Below, piece by piece: positions 7,127 through 13,600 of a DNA stretch of 36,702 nucleotides. The position numbers were made by a program, and so were the translations under genes. The first letter of the stretch is position 1; the number at the start of each line of letters is the position of its first letter. This stretch comes from a virus: IMG/VR virus record IMGVR_UViG_3300045988_119983. One strand, given 5' to 3'. The notes beneath the pieces were generated by a model. It was not told where the DNA came from, made no database searches, and was given only the letters and a program-made list of their open reading frames with translations.

Positions 7127-8394
7127 CGGGCGGTCTCCTCTTCGTGCTTGCGCCCTTCCAGCAAGCGGAGGATGACGAGGCCAACGCCGATGCCGAAGGC
7201 GATAATTCCGACTGCGAGGACAACGCCGTCAGTGGTCGCGCCCGTCTTTGCGAGGCGCTCCTGCGGCGCGGGCGCTGCAGCCTGCTCAGGCTTCGGCGAG
7301 GGCTTCACAGTGTCCGGCGTCGGATCGGTCGTAGGAGTAGGCGTCGGGGTCGGCGAGGACTGCGGCTCATCCGAGGGAGTCGGAACCGGGGTCGGCTTCG
7401 GCGACGGCTTCGGGAGAGGAGACGGGACCGGCGCGGGGGTCGGCATGCTCGGGTCAGGCGTGGGGACCGGCGCGGGCTGAGGCTTGGTCTTGCCGTCGCC
7501 GTCGGTGCCGCCCGAGGCCTTGATCGTCGCGGTTGCCTCAAGGCTCTTGCCGTTGATCGTCGCTCGGTTGGTGTAGGCGTCCTGGCCCTCGACGTGAGGG
7601 GACGCAGCCGGGTACACGATGCAGACCAGCGAGCCGGCGGGCGGCGTGAACATCAGCGTGTGCGCGGACTCGTCGAGCGTGCCGTCGGTCCAGGTCGTCG
7701 TCGCCGGATCCCAGGTCGGGCCGGACGAACACTTCACGGCCTTCGGCAGAGCGTTCGTCTCGTCCGTCAGCGTGTAGGTCTTGCCAGCCTCTACGGCCCA
7801 CTTGATGCCCCAGCCGATCGACTGGTCCGCGTTGGTCCACCCGAACTTAATCGTCTCGGGAGCCGCGTACTCGAAGTGCGCGGGCGTCGAACAGTCGTTC
7901 GTGCAGGTGCCCGAGCCGTCACGGTCGCCCCAGACAAGCGTGCGCGTGACTTTGCCGTTCACGACGATCTGCGTGTCCTCAGTGCCGACTGCGGCGTCCG
8001 AGAGACGCGCGCGGGCATTGAAGTTTCCGGTCACGTCGGTCTTGTCCGCGTAGGACGCGGGAACCTCGGCGACCGTGCAGGTCAGAGTCGCCTCGTCGGC
8101 CTCGCAGTCGCCGATCTTGGTCCCGTCGTCGAGGACGAAGGGAAAGCCGGCATACCACTTGAAGCCGCCGTCCTTGCTGGCAACTGTGAAGTGCTGGCCG
8201 ACCGCGAGCTTCGGCGCGGACCAGGTTCCCTCGACGGTGACCTCACTCGAGGTCTGGCGGGAGGCGCTGGTCGCCTTGGTAACCTGCGCGGTCATGGCCG
8301 GTGCGGCCTCGTCGGCGGCGTATGCGGCGCCGTAGGGCAGCGCTAGGGCTGCGAGGGTGAGGGCAGCTCCTGCGGCCCAGATCTTCTTGTTCAT
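7123..8394 (-). CDS. Secreted, sortase-anchored (LAKTG) cell-wall surface protein with Pro/Thr-rich stalk
   Basis: Signal peptide MNKKIWAAGAALTLAALALPYGAAYA|AD, beta-rich body with paired Cys residues, PT-rich linker. C-terminus is LAKTG + hydrophobic helix + RLLEGRKHEEE. Confidence 0.8.
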   Translation of the reverse strand: MNKKIWAAGAALTLAALALPYGAAYAADEAAPAMTAQVTKATSASRQTSSEVTVEGTWSAPKLAVGQHFTVASKDGGFKWYAGFPFVLDDGTKIGDCEADEATLTCTVAEVPASYADKTDVTGNFNARARLSDAAVGTEDTQIVVNGKVTRTLVWGDRDGSGTCTNDCSTPAHFEYAAPETIKFGWTNADQSIGWGIKWAVEAGKTYTLTDETNALPKAVKCSSGPTWDPATTTWTDGTLDESAHTLMFTPPAGSLVCIVYPAASPHVEGQDAYTNRATINGKSLEATATIKASGGTDGDGKTKPQPAPVPTPDPSMPTPAPVPSPLPKPSPKPTPVPTPSDEPQSSPTPTPTPTTDPTPDTVKPSPKPEQAAAPAPQERLAKTGATTDGVVLAVGIIAFGIGVGLVILRLLEGRKHEEETAR

Positions 8395-8424
8395 TGGGGT
8401 TCCTTCTGTTCTTGGTGTTGGCGG

Positions 8425-8625
8425 TTAAGCGGATCGGCGAGGTTTCATCGGCGCGAGCGCCGACCGTGAGGGCTTGACCTCGACCGGATGGTGAGCGGCG
8501 CGGGCGCAGGCCTCCATGACCAGGCGATGCACACGCTCGTCGACGTGCGGTCGGTTTGCGTAGAGGATGTGTGCGCGGGCTATCGCGCGAGTGATCTCGA
8601 CATCGAGGGGAGGCGTCTCCTGCAT
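8425..8625 (-). CDS. Hypothetical protein (66 aa)
   Basis: ORF whose start overlaps the upstream stop by 1 nt. Confidence 0.5.
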   Translation of the reverse strand: MQETPPLDVEITRAIARAHILYANRPHVDERVHRLVMEACARAAHHPVEVKPSRSALAPMKPRRSA

Positions 8626-9011
8626 CAGGCCTTCACCTCCAGGCTCGGCTCATCGAGCCGCAGCACTTCGAGGGTCACGTGGATCTGCTGTCGGTCGAGA
8701 TCGACCGCGATCTTCGGCGTATCGAGCGCGTAGCAGTTGTTCAGCTCTGCCTCGATGATGACGTCCTGCGTCGCGAGGCAGATCAGGTGAGGCAGCGGGG
8801 CCTCGCCGTCCACGTCGTAGTAATCGAAGCCAACGTGCCGCTCGAGCAACGTCGTGCCCTTCGCGCGCGCCTTCGACGCGGAGCGCTGCATACGAGCGGC
8901 GATCTCCTCGATAGAGGCCGCGCGCGAGGCCCCTCGGGCTGCGATCCAGTCCAGCAGGACACAGCCCGCGAATAGCAGGAAAACGACCGTGACAATGATC
9001 GACGCGCTCAC
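8625..9011 (-). CDS. Membrane-anchored protein (about 128 aa from GTG 9011)
   Basis: GTGA overlap with the upstream stop. N-terminal TM segment SASIIVTVVFLLFAGCVLLDWIAA. Confidence 0.5.
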   Translation of the reverse strand: MSASIIVTVVFLLFAGCVLLDWIAARGASRAASIEEIAARMQRSASKARAKGTTLLERHVGFDYYDVDGEAPLPHLICLATQDVIIEAELNNCYALDTPKIAVDLDRQQIHVTLEVLRLDEPSLEVKA

Positions 9012-9220
9012 AGCCTGCCCGCCTTCCAGTCCGCACGAATCAGGACAACCGCGAGCGCGAGGAGGCCGAGGGCGGGGAAGAAGGTCCACTCAGGGAGGCC
9101 GTCTGGATTGTCGAGTCCGCGCATTGCGAAACCGAGGGTGAGGGCGGCGGCGAGGGAGGCACCTGCGATGAGGGTTCGCCAGGGCCGCAGGTGGCGGCGG
9201 CGTGTGGTACTCTGGTTCAT
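9008..9220 (-). CDS. Small two-TM membrane protein (70 aa)
   Basis: LIAGASLAAALTLGFA and FFPALGLLALAVVLI hydrophobic segments. Confidence 0.55.
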   Translation of the reverse strand: MNQSTTRRRHLRPWRTLIAGASLAAALTLGFAMRGLDNPDGLPEWTFFPALGLLALAVVLIRADWKAGRL

Positions 9221-9266
9221 GGAATCTTCCTTCTTTCTCTAGGGGTTCTGCTCGCTCCCAGCGCTT

Positions 9267-9482
9267 CTACCGCTGGGAGCTCTTCTTTTCGCCGGAGCCG
9301 AGGCTCTGGCACTGGCGGTTGAGGTCGTCGCCGCTGTATCGGACGGAGCGCCCGATCTTGATCGCGGAGACCTTGCCCTCAACTCCGAGGCGCTCGACGG
9401 TCGAGCGCGAGAGGCTGAGCGTCTCCTGCACCTGCTGCGCTGAATACCAGCGGCCAGGTGCGAACGGGGATGCGGTTGTCAT
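9267..9482 (-). CDS. Excisionase-family (MerR-like) HTH DNA-binding protein
   Basis: RWYSAQQVQETLSLSRSTVERLGVEGKVSAIKIGRSVRYSGDDL. Confidence 0.65.
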   Translation of the reverse strand: MTTASPFAPGRWYSAQQVQETLSLSRSTVERLGVEGKVSAIKIGRSVRYSGDDLNRQCQSLGSGEKKSSQR

Positions 9483-9685
9483 TTTCTGAACACTGCCTTA
9501 TCGATCGCTTCGACGAGACGCTCACCAGCGGCGTAGGCAACATCAGCAAACGCTCCTAGTGCGTCTAGCGCTGCATCGAACGCGCGACCGGCGCAGACAG
9601 ACACGATGTAGCCAACACAGAAGAAAACCGGAACTCCTGCAACTACGAGAATCAGGAAGATGATCGCCTTGACAACGTCGCTCAT
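9479..9685 (-). CDS. Small membrane protein (68 aa)
   Basis: Start MSDVVKAIIFLILVVAGVPVFFCVGYIVSVCAG. The longer track ORF upstream of this start is off-frame overlap. Confidence 0.55.
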   Translation of the reverse strand: MSDVVKAIIFLILVVAGVPVFFCVGYIVSVCAGRAFDAALDALGAFADVAYAAGERLVEAIDKAVFRK

Positions 9686-9687
9686 AT

Positions 9688-10017
9688 CTACTCGTCCTCG
9701 GCGTAGATGCTGCCGTGCGACGCCTGGAGGATCACGACGCCGGACTGCTTGTCCTGGATTGCGAAGCCGCTCGGCTTCTGCGCTTCGGCGGCTGCGCGGG
9801 ACTCCGCTTGCTTGACAAGCTCGGAGGGCTGCACTTCGAGCGCAGCGGCAAAGGCGCACAGGTCGTCGACGTTGATACGCCGCGAGCGGTACCGGATCTT
9901 CCGGAGCACTCCGCTGTAGGAGAGGCCGGACTTCTTGCTGAGCTGCAGGAGCGAGATCCCGCGCGCTTCTGCGGAGGCCTCGATCACATCAGCTATCCCG
10001 ATTGGTATATATCGCAT
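9688..10017 (-). CDS. XRE-family HTH regulator, Cro-like (first gene of the early operon)
   Basis: Start MRYIPIGIADVIEASAEARGISLLQLSKKSGLSYSGVLRKI.... Divergent from the CI-like gene. Confidence 0.7.
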   Translation of the reverse strand: MRYIPIGIADVIEASAEARGISLLQLSKKSGLSYSGVLRKIRYRSRRINVDDLCAFAAALEVQPSELVKQAESRAAAEAQKPSGFAIQDKQSGVVILQASHGSIYAEDE

Positions 10018-10024
10018 ACCGCAT

Positions 10025-10053
10025 AACCTATGCCGATTGGCAACACTTGTCAA
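10025..10053 (-). promoter_or_regulatory. Early (lytic) promoter: -35 TTGACA, 17-nt spacer, -10 TAGGTT, leaderless geometry
   Basis: Minus strand reads TTGACA(10053-10048)-agtgttgccaatcggca-TAGGTT(10030-25)-atgcggt-ATG(10017). Confidence 0.6.
10031..10042. promoter_or_regulatory. Operator O1, TGCCgattGGCA
   Basis: Dyad half-sites TGCC/GGCA. Lies in the spacer of the early promoter and is part of a 19-bp arm (10029-10047) repeated in inverted form at 10069-10087 (17/19). Confidence 0.55.
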
Positions 10054-10059
10054 CTCGAC

Positions 10060-10089
10060 TTGCGTGCGAGTGTTGCCACTTGGCATACT
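10060..10089 (+). promoter_or_regulatory. Putative repressor promoter: TTGCGT, 18-nt spacer, CATACT, leaderless
   Basis: The -10 ends 6 nt before ATG 10096. Confidence 0.35.
10074..10085. promoter_or_regulatory. Operator O2, TGCCacttGGCA
   Basis: Same dyad, 43 bp centre-to-centre from O1. Overlaps the -10 of the putative repressor promoter. Confidence 0.55.
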
Positions 10090-10095
10090 TACCGC

Positions 10096-10350
10096 ATGGG
10101 AACGGCGACTCGGTATGTTGAGCTTGTGGCGTGTATTCTGCGCGAACTTGCTGATCGCAGGGGCCTCAGCGGGGCTGAGATCGCACGCCGCAGCGGCGTG
10201 TCTCAGGCGCAAATTTCGCGCATATTTACCGGAAAACGGACCATTAGTGTAGATCATGTCCTGGCCGTCGCCGAGGTACTCGGCGTGCGCGGCTCCGATG
10301 TTTTTGCCGAGGCTGAGCGCCGATTCCTCTCGGAACAGGCAGAGGCGTAG
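10096..10350 (+). CDS. XRE-family HTH repressor, CI-like (84 aa, no peptidase domain)
   Basis: Start MGTATRYVELVACILRELADRRGLSGAEIARRSGVSQAQISRIFTGKR. Same strand and block as the integrase. Confidence 0.7.
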   Translation: MGTATRYVELVACILRELADRRGLSGAEIARRSGVSQAQISRIFTGKRTISVDHVLAVAEVLGVRGSDVFAEAERRFLSEQAEA

Positions 10351-10446
10351 GCCGATAATTGGCCCGCGCGGATTACAACCGCGCCCGCCCTCATCCTGCG
10401 AGCTGTAGGCTATCCATATCGCCAGACCGTGCTCAAAGGAGGAGCC

Positions 10447-10908
10447 ATGCACCGGCCTAAAGGAGCCTTCCGGCTCTACTCATCTGATCCCGCTGAGATC
10501 ATCTGCACCGACACCGAGCTGCTATATGACTCGAAGCGCCGAGGCGAGCCAATCCAGCGCATCCCACTGACTGACGTCGTCAGCGTCGAGGTCGAGGACG
10601 GCGAAGCGGCGCAGGCGCGTGTGACCGCGACGCGCCTCGTCGCGCTCGGTATCTTCGCGCTTGCTGCGAAGAAAAAGAGCGGCGGCGACAAATGGCTCAT
10701 GATCGAGACGCGCACCGCCCTGCTGACTCTCCACTTCGAGCGCAAGTATGTTGACGGCCTCATGCGCTTCGTTGCTCACACGCGCGCCGCCGTGAAGGCT
10801 GCACAGGCCCAGCCCGTGCCCGCCGCCCCGCCCGCTCCTATCCGCTGGCCCGGCGCGCCTCAGCAGCCCGCTCCGAAGCCTGGCGGCTGGGGCCGCATAT
10901 TCCGCTAA
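10447..10908 (+). CDS. Hypothetical protein with PH-like N-terminal region, hydrophobic segment and Pro-rich tail; candidate exclusion factor
   Basis: SD AAGGAGGA before ATG 10447. RLVALGIFALAAKKK; C-terminal PVPAAPPAPIRWPGAPQQPAPKPGGWG. Confidence 0.5.
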   Translation: MHRPKGAFRLYSSDPAEIICTDTELLYDSKRRGEPIQRIPLTDVVSVEVEDGEAAQARVTATRLVALGIFALAAKKKSGGDKWLMIETRTALLTLHFERKYVDGLMRFVAHTRAAVKAAQAQPVPAAPPAPIRWPGAPQQPAPKPGGWGRIFR

Positions 10909-10913
10909 ACCTT

Positions 10914-10931
10914 GTGGCGCTGTAGTGGCGC
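10914..10931 (+). promoter_or_regulatory. Pair of GTGGCGC repeats, 11-bp phasing (candidate integrase arm-type sites, P arm)
   Basis: GTGGCGC at 10914-10920 and 10925-10931. Confidence 0.45.
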
Positions 10932-10977
10932 GCACAGATAGGCGCGTCCACTTTTCGGCGTGATTAAGGGCGCGTGT

Positions 10978-10999
10978 TTCGATTCCCCCCATCTCCACA
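10978..10999 (+). other. Candidate attP core resembling a tRNA 3' end
   Basis: ttcgattccccccatctccaca reads as T-loop TTCGATT + CCCCC + 7-nt acceptor strand + discriminator. The upstream bases do not form the matching T-stem, so this is a fragment and not a gene. Confidence 0.5.
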
Positions 11000-11003
11000 C
11001 ATA

Positions 11004-11034
11004 CCCCGGAGTCTCGTTGAGATTCCGGGGTTTT
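11004..11034 (+). terminator. Rho-independent terminator just 3' of the tRNA-like core
   Basis: ccccggagtct-cgttg-agattccgggg followed by tttt. Confidence 0.6.
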
Positions 11035-11087
11035 CGTTGCCCTCATACCGTTTTCAGGCCCTCGCCCCACTCTCTCCCATGTATCAG

Positions 11088-11106
11088 GATGTAGCACGAT
11101 GTAGCA
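11088..11106 (+). repeat. Tandem GATGTAGCA x2 (10-bp phasing), candidate recombination-directionality or arm site
   Basis: gatgtagca c gatgtagca. Confidence 0.4.
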
Positions 11107-11113
11107 TTGCTAG

Positions 11114-11158
11114 TGGCGCATATGTGGCGCACGCAGTGGAAAAAGATTCTGCGCCACT
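11114..11158 (+). promoter_or_regulatory. Second pair of GTGGCGC repeats (11114, 11125) plus one inverted copy (11152-11158); candidate P' arm sites
   Basis: tagtggcgcatatgtggcgcac...tgcgccac. Confidence 0.45.
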
Positions 11159-11178
11159 TCCCCGACGAGGAGGCAGAT

Positions 11179-12336
11179 ATGAGCGGACGGAGAGCCTTCG
11201 GCTCGATCAGGAAAGCCCGCAGCGGGCGATTCGAGGTTCGCTACACAGGGCCCGACGGTGGCAAGTACACCGCCGGGAGATCTTTTATCCGCAAGACCGA
11301 CGCGAGTGCCTTCCTTGCACATGTCGAGGCCGAGATCAGCGAGGGTACCTGGACCAGCCCCAAAGAAGCCCGCGAGCGCGATCGCGTGCAGGAGGTCGCC
11401 GCCGAACGCGCGGCGATCACTTTCGCCGCCTGGTCGGAGAGGTGGCTCGCGTCGCTCGAGCGACTAGGCCGCACCCCTAAGACAATTCAGACGCACACCT
11501 ATCGGATGCGGCAGCTCGTCCCAGTGTTTGGTGCGAAGCCGCTCGGGTCGATCAGCGTCGAGGACGTCGATTCCTGGTATCAGCGCATCTGGGATGCCAA
11601 GGGGCCTGGCGTCGTGCGACCAATCTATATGACCTTGTCCGCGTGCATGAACGCCGCGGTGAAGGCGGGTCTCATCGCGGCGAGCCCCTGCAAGGTTCCC
11701 GAAGGGCAGAAGCATCGGCCCGTGCGCGAGCGCGAGCGACAGGTCGCGACACCCGAGGAGGTCCGCGCCGCCGCCGACGCAATGCCCGCACGCCTGCGCA
11801 TCGCCGTCCTTCTCGCTGCCTGGTGCCAAACCAGGCTCGGAGAGCTGATCGGCTTGCAGCGACGGGACTTCGATCTCTGCTCCACACCCGCGATAGTCCG
11901 GATCGAGCGGCAGGTGCAGTACCTGACTGGCGAGGGGCCTGTCGAGCTGCCCCCGAAGAGTGCCGCCGGCATCCGCGAGATCGTCATCCCCCCGTCGCTT
12001 GTCCCTACCCTGCGAGCGCACCTTGATTCCTACGTCGAGCCGGACGCTACGGCCTGGCTCCTCTGCTCTGAGCGCTCGGCCCGACTCCCGCTTCATCCGA
12101 ATACCCTCCGCAGGGCATGGGAACGCGCGCGCGAGGACGCCGGCATCCCTTGGCTTAAATTCCACGACCTCCGGCACACTGGCCTCACGATCTTCGCGCA
12201 GCAGGGCGCGACGCTTGCTGAGCTGCTTCACAGGGGCGGGCATAGTGATGTCGACGTTGCGCTGCGTTATCAGCATGCGACCCGCGAGCGCGATGCGGCC
12301 TTGACGTCGCGTATGGACTCGCGTGTCCTTATCTGA
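11179..12336 (+). CDS. int: Tyrosine integrase
   Basis: Start MSGRRAFGSIRKARSGRFEVRY (SD GAGGAGG). TRLGELIGLQRRD, HDLRHTGLT, GHSDVDVALRYQH (R..HxxR..Y). Confidence 0.9.
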   Translation: MSGRRAFGSIRKARSGRFEVRYTGPDGGKYTAGRSFIRKTDASAFLAHVEAEISEGTWTSPKEARERDRVQEVAAERAAITFAAWSERWLASLERLGRTPKTIQTHTYRMRQLVPVFGAKPLGSISVEDVDSWYQRIWDAKGPGVVRPIYMTLSACMNAAVKAGLIAASPCKVPEGQKHRPVRERERQVATPEEVRAAADAMPARLRIAVLLAAWCQTRLGELIGLQRRDFDLCSTPAIVRIERQVQYLTGEGPVELPPKSAAGIREIVIPPSLVPTLRAHLDSYVEPDATAWLLCSERSARLPLHPNTLRRAWERAREDAGIPWLKFHDLRHTGLTIFAQQGATLAELLHRGGHSDVDVALRYQHATRERDAALTSRMDSRVLI

Positions 12337-12370
12337 GTGCTATTGTTTTGTAGATCACATCCGTTCCTGC

Positions 12371-12400
12371 TTGCACTATACGTCGGGCGCGATGTATAGT
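12371..12400 (+). promoter_or_regulatory. Promoter copy 1: TTGCAC, 18-nt spacer, TATAGT
   Basis: ttgcac-tatacgtcgggcgcgatg-tatagt. The ACTATA/TATAGT inverted repeat spans the -35 and -10. Confidence 0.6.
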
Positions 12401-12407
12401 TAATGCA

Positions 12408-12429
12408 TCGGGAGGGACGAGCCCCCCGA
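12408..12429 (+). ncRNA. Conserved 5'-leader hairpin, copy 1
   Basis: tcggg(a)ggg-acgag-ccccccga, directly followed by ccctcaaaGAAGGAGaca and ATG 12453. Confidence 0.45.
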
Positions 12430-12452
12430 CCCTCAAAGAAGGAGACACTGAA

Positions 12453-12794
12453 ATGACCACCGCAAACTGGACCAAGGCAGAGCGTTTCGACGGTGACAAC
12501 GCCCTCATTGCCGCCGACCTCGACAACGGCGCCCGCGCCGTCATCTACGGCGATTACCAGGACGAGATCAAGATTAGCTTGCTGATCTTCGACTCCTCCC
12601 TGCCGGGTGGCAGTGCCTCGACCAGCAACACCCAGGAATGGCCGCTCATCGAGCGACACATCCCCCGTGTCGAGTGGCCCGCCGAAATCTGGGGCGGCTA
12701 CCATGGCCCCGCCGAGCGCACACCCGACCCCGAGGTTGCCGCCGCCGTCGCCCAGTTCGTCGCCGAGACGAACGCCTGGCTGGCCGAGGGCTGA
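12453..12794 (+). CDS. Small acidic protein (113 aa), unknown function
   Basis: About 18 Asp/Glu against 7 Lys/Arg by my count. Has its own promoter, leader, SD and downstream hairpin (moron architecture). Confidence 0.65.
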   Translation: MTTANWTKAERFDGDNALIAADLDNGARAVIYGDYQDEIKISLLIFDSSLPGGSASTSNTQEWPLIERHIPRVEWPAEIWGGYHGPAERTPDPEVAAAVAQFVAETNAWLAEG

Positions 12795-12808
12795 CCAGCA
12801 AACCAAGG

Positions 12809-12838
12809 CCCCCGCGCCCGAAACCGACGGCGCGGGGG
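12809..12838 (+). terminator. GC hairpin after the first acidic ORF
   Basis: cccccgcgcc / ggcgcggggg, 10-nt loop, no T-tract. Confidence 0.4.
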
Positions 12839-12857
12839 TCAACCCGTAGGAGGAGAA

Positions 12858-13268
12858 TTGACCGAACCGCTTACACCCGCCGGGCTGAGATGTCGAAGAG
12901 AGGCCCTCGGCCTCTCCCGCGCTGACCTTGGTGCCCTCCTGGACGTCAACGAGGGCGTGATCCGCTCCTGGGAAATCGGTAAGAGTGAACCAAGGGATCC
13001 GATTAGCATTCACATGCTCCTCGGCGAGATCGAAGATGCGGCCCTCGACTGCGTCGACGAGCTCATCGAGAGCATGGACGACGAGAACGAGGGTGTGCGG
13101 GCGCTGCCGACAGCGCTCATCGCGTACCAGGACATTCTCACCTATCGTCAGAGCACGCGATGGGCAATGCGGCTCCCCCTACCCTCGTACCGTGCCTGTG
13201 TCGGGCGCGCATACCAGCTCCTCTCCGATCAGGGCATCCCCGTCCAGATCGTCACCCCCTACGACTGA
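12858..13268 (+). CDS. XRE-type HTH protein (136 aa), TTG start
   Basis: SD AGGAGGAG. LRCRREALGLSRADLGALLDVNEGVIRSWEIGKSEP. Confidence 0.6.
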   Translation: MTEPLTPAGLRCRREALGLSRADLGALLDVNEGVIRSWEIGKSEPRDPISIHMLLGEIEDAALDCVDELIESMDDENEGVRALPTALIAYQDILTYRQSTRWAMRLPLPSYRACVGRAYQLLSDQGIPVQIVTPYD

Positions 13269-13279
13269 GGACAAGAATC

Positions 13280-13495
13280 ATGACTACCGAGTACCTCGGA
13301 ACGGCTGCTGTCGCAGAACGCCTCGGCCTCGCTGTCCCCACGATCCGCTCATACATCCTGCGCGGCCTCATGCCCGCGCCTGACGTCATCATCTCTACCC
13401 CCTCCGGTCCCCTGCGCGGCTGGGCTCCCGAGACAATCGATGAATGGCAGCGCGATCGCCCCGGACGCGGTGCCCGCACCGACATCGAAAAGTAG
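13280..13495 (+). CDS. Excisionase/MerR-like HTH protein (71 aa)
   Basis: Start MTTEYLGTAAVAERLGLAVPTIRSYILRGLMP. The track ORF 13160.. begins earlier with a low-complexity extension. Confidence 0.6.
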   Translation: MTTEYLGTAAVAERLGLAVPTIRSYILRGLMPAPDVIISTPSGPLRGWAPETIDEWQRDRPGRGARTDIEK

Positions 13496-13517
13496 CACAC
13501 AACACAGTTATTCCAAC

Positions 13518-13547
13518 TTGCACTATGCATCGCGCACGATGTATAGT
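13518..13547 (+). promoter_or_regulatory. Promoter copy 2: TTGCAC, 18-nt spacer, TATAGT
   Basis: ttgcac-tatgcatcgcgcacgatg-tatagt. Confidence 0.6.
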
Positions 13548-13554
13548 TAATGCA

Positions 13555-13576
13555 TCGGGAGGGACAAGCCCCCCGA
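13555..13576 (+). ncRNA. Conserved 5'-leader hairpin, copy 2
   Basis: Identical to copy 1 except for one loop base (acaag vs acgag). Confidence 0.45.
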
Positions 13577-13600
13577 CCCTCAAAGAAGGAGACAGAAACC

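Noticed and set aside
9254-9290. Hairpin gctcccagcg-cttctac-cgctgggagc followed by tcttctttt, which looks like a plus-strand rho-independent terminator.
   Set aside because: There is no plus-strand gene upstream of it. It overlaps the stop codon of the minus-strand Xis-like gene, and on that strand it has no U-tract. It may be a minus-strand RNA stem, but it cannot be called a terminator with confidence.
10361-10384. Short hairpin gcgcgg-attacaa-ccgcgc and the GGCCGATAATTGGCC palindrome after the CI-like gene, considered as an extra operator or terminator.
   Set aside because: The stem is only 6 bp. The palindrome has a 7-nt rather than a 4-nt spacer compared with O1 and O2. The evidence is too weak.
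10955-11000. A possible complete tRNA gene next to the integrase.
   Set aside because: Only the T-loop-to-3'-end portion is tRNA-like. The bases where the 5' T-stem should be (gcgtgt) cannot pair with CCCCC, and no D or anticodon arms are evident. I interpret it as an attP core fragment.
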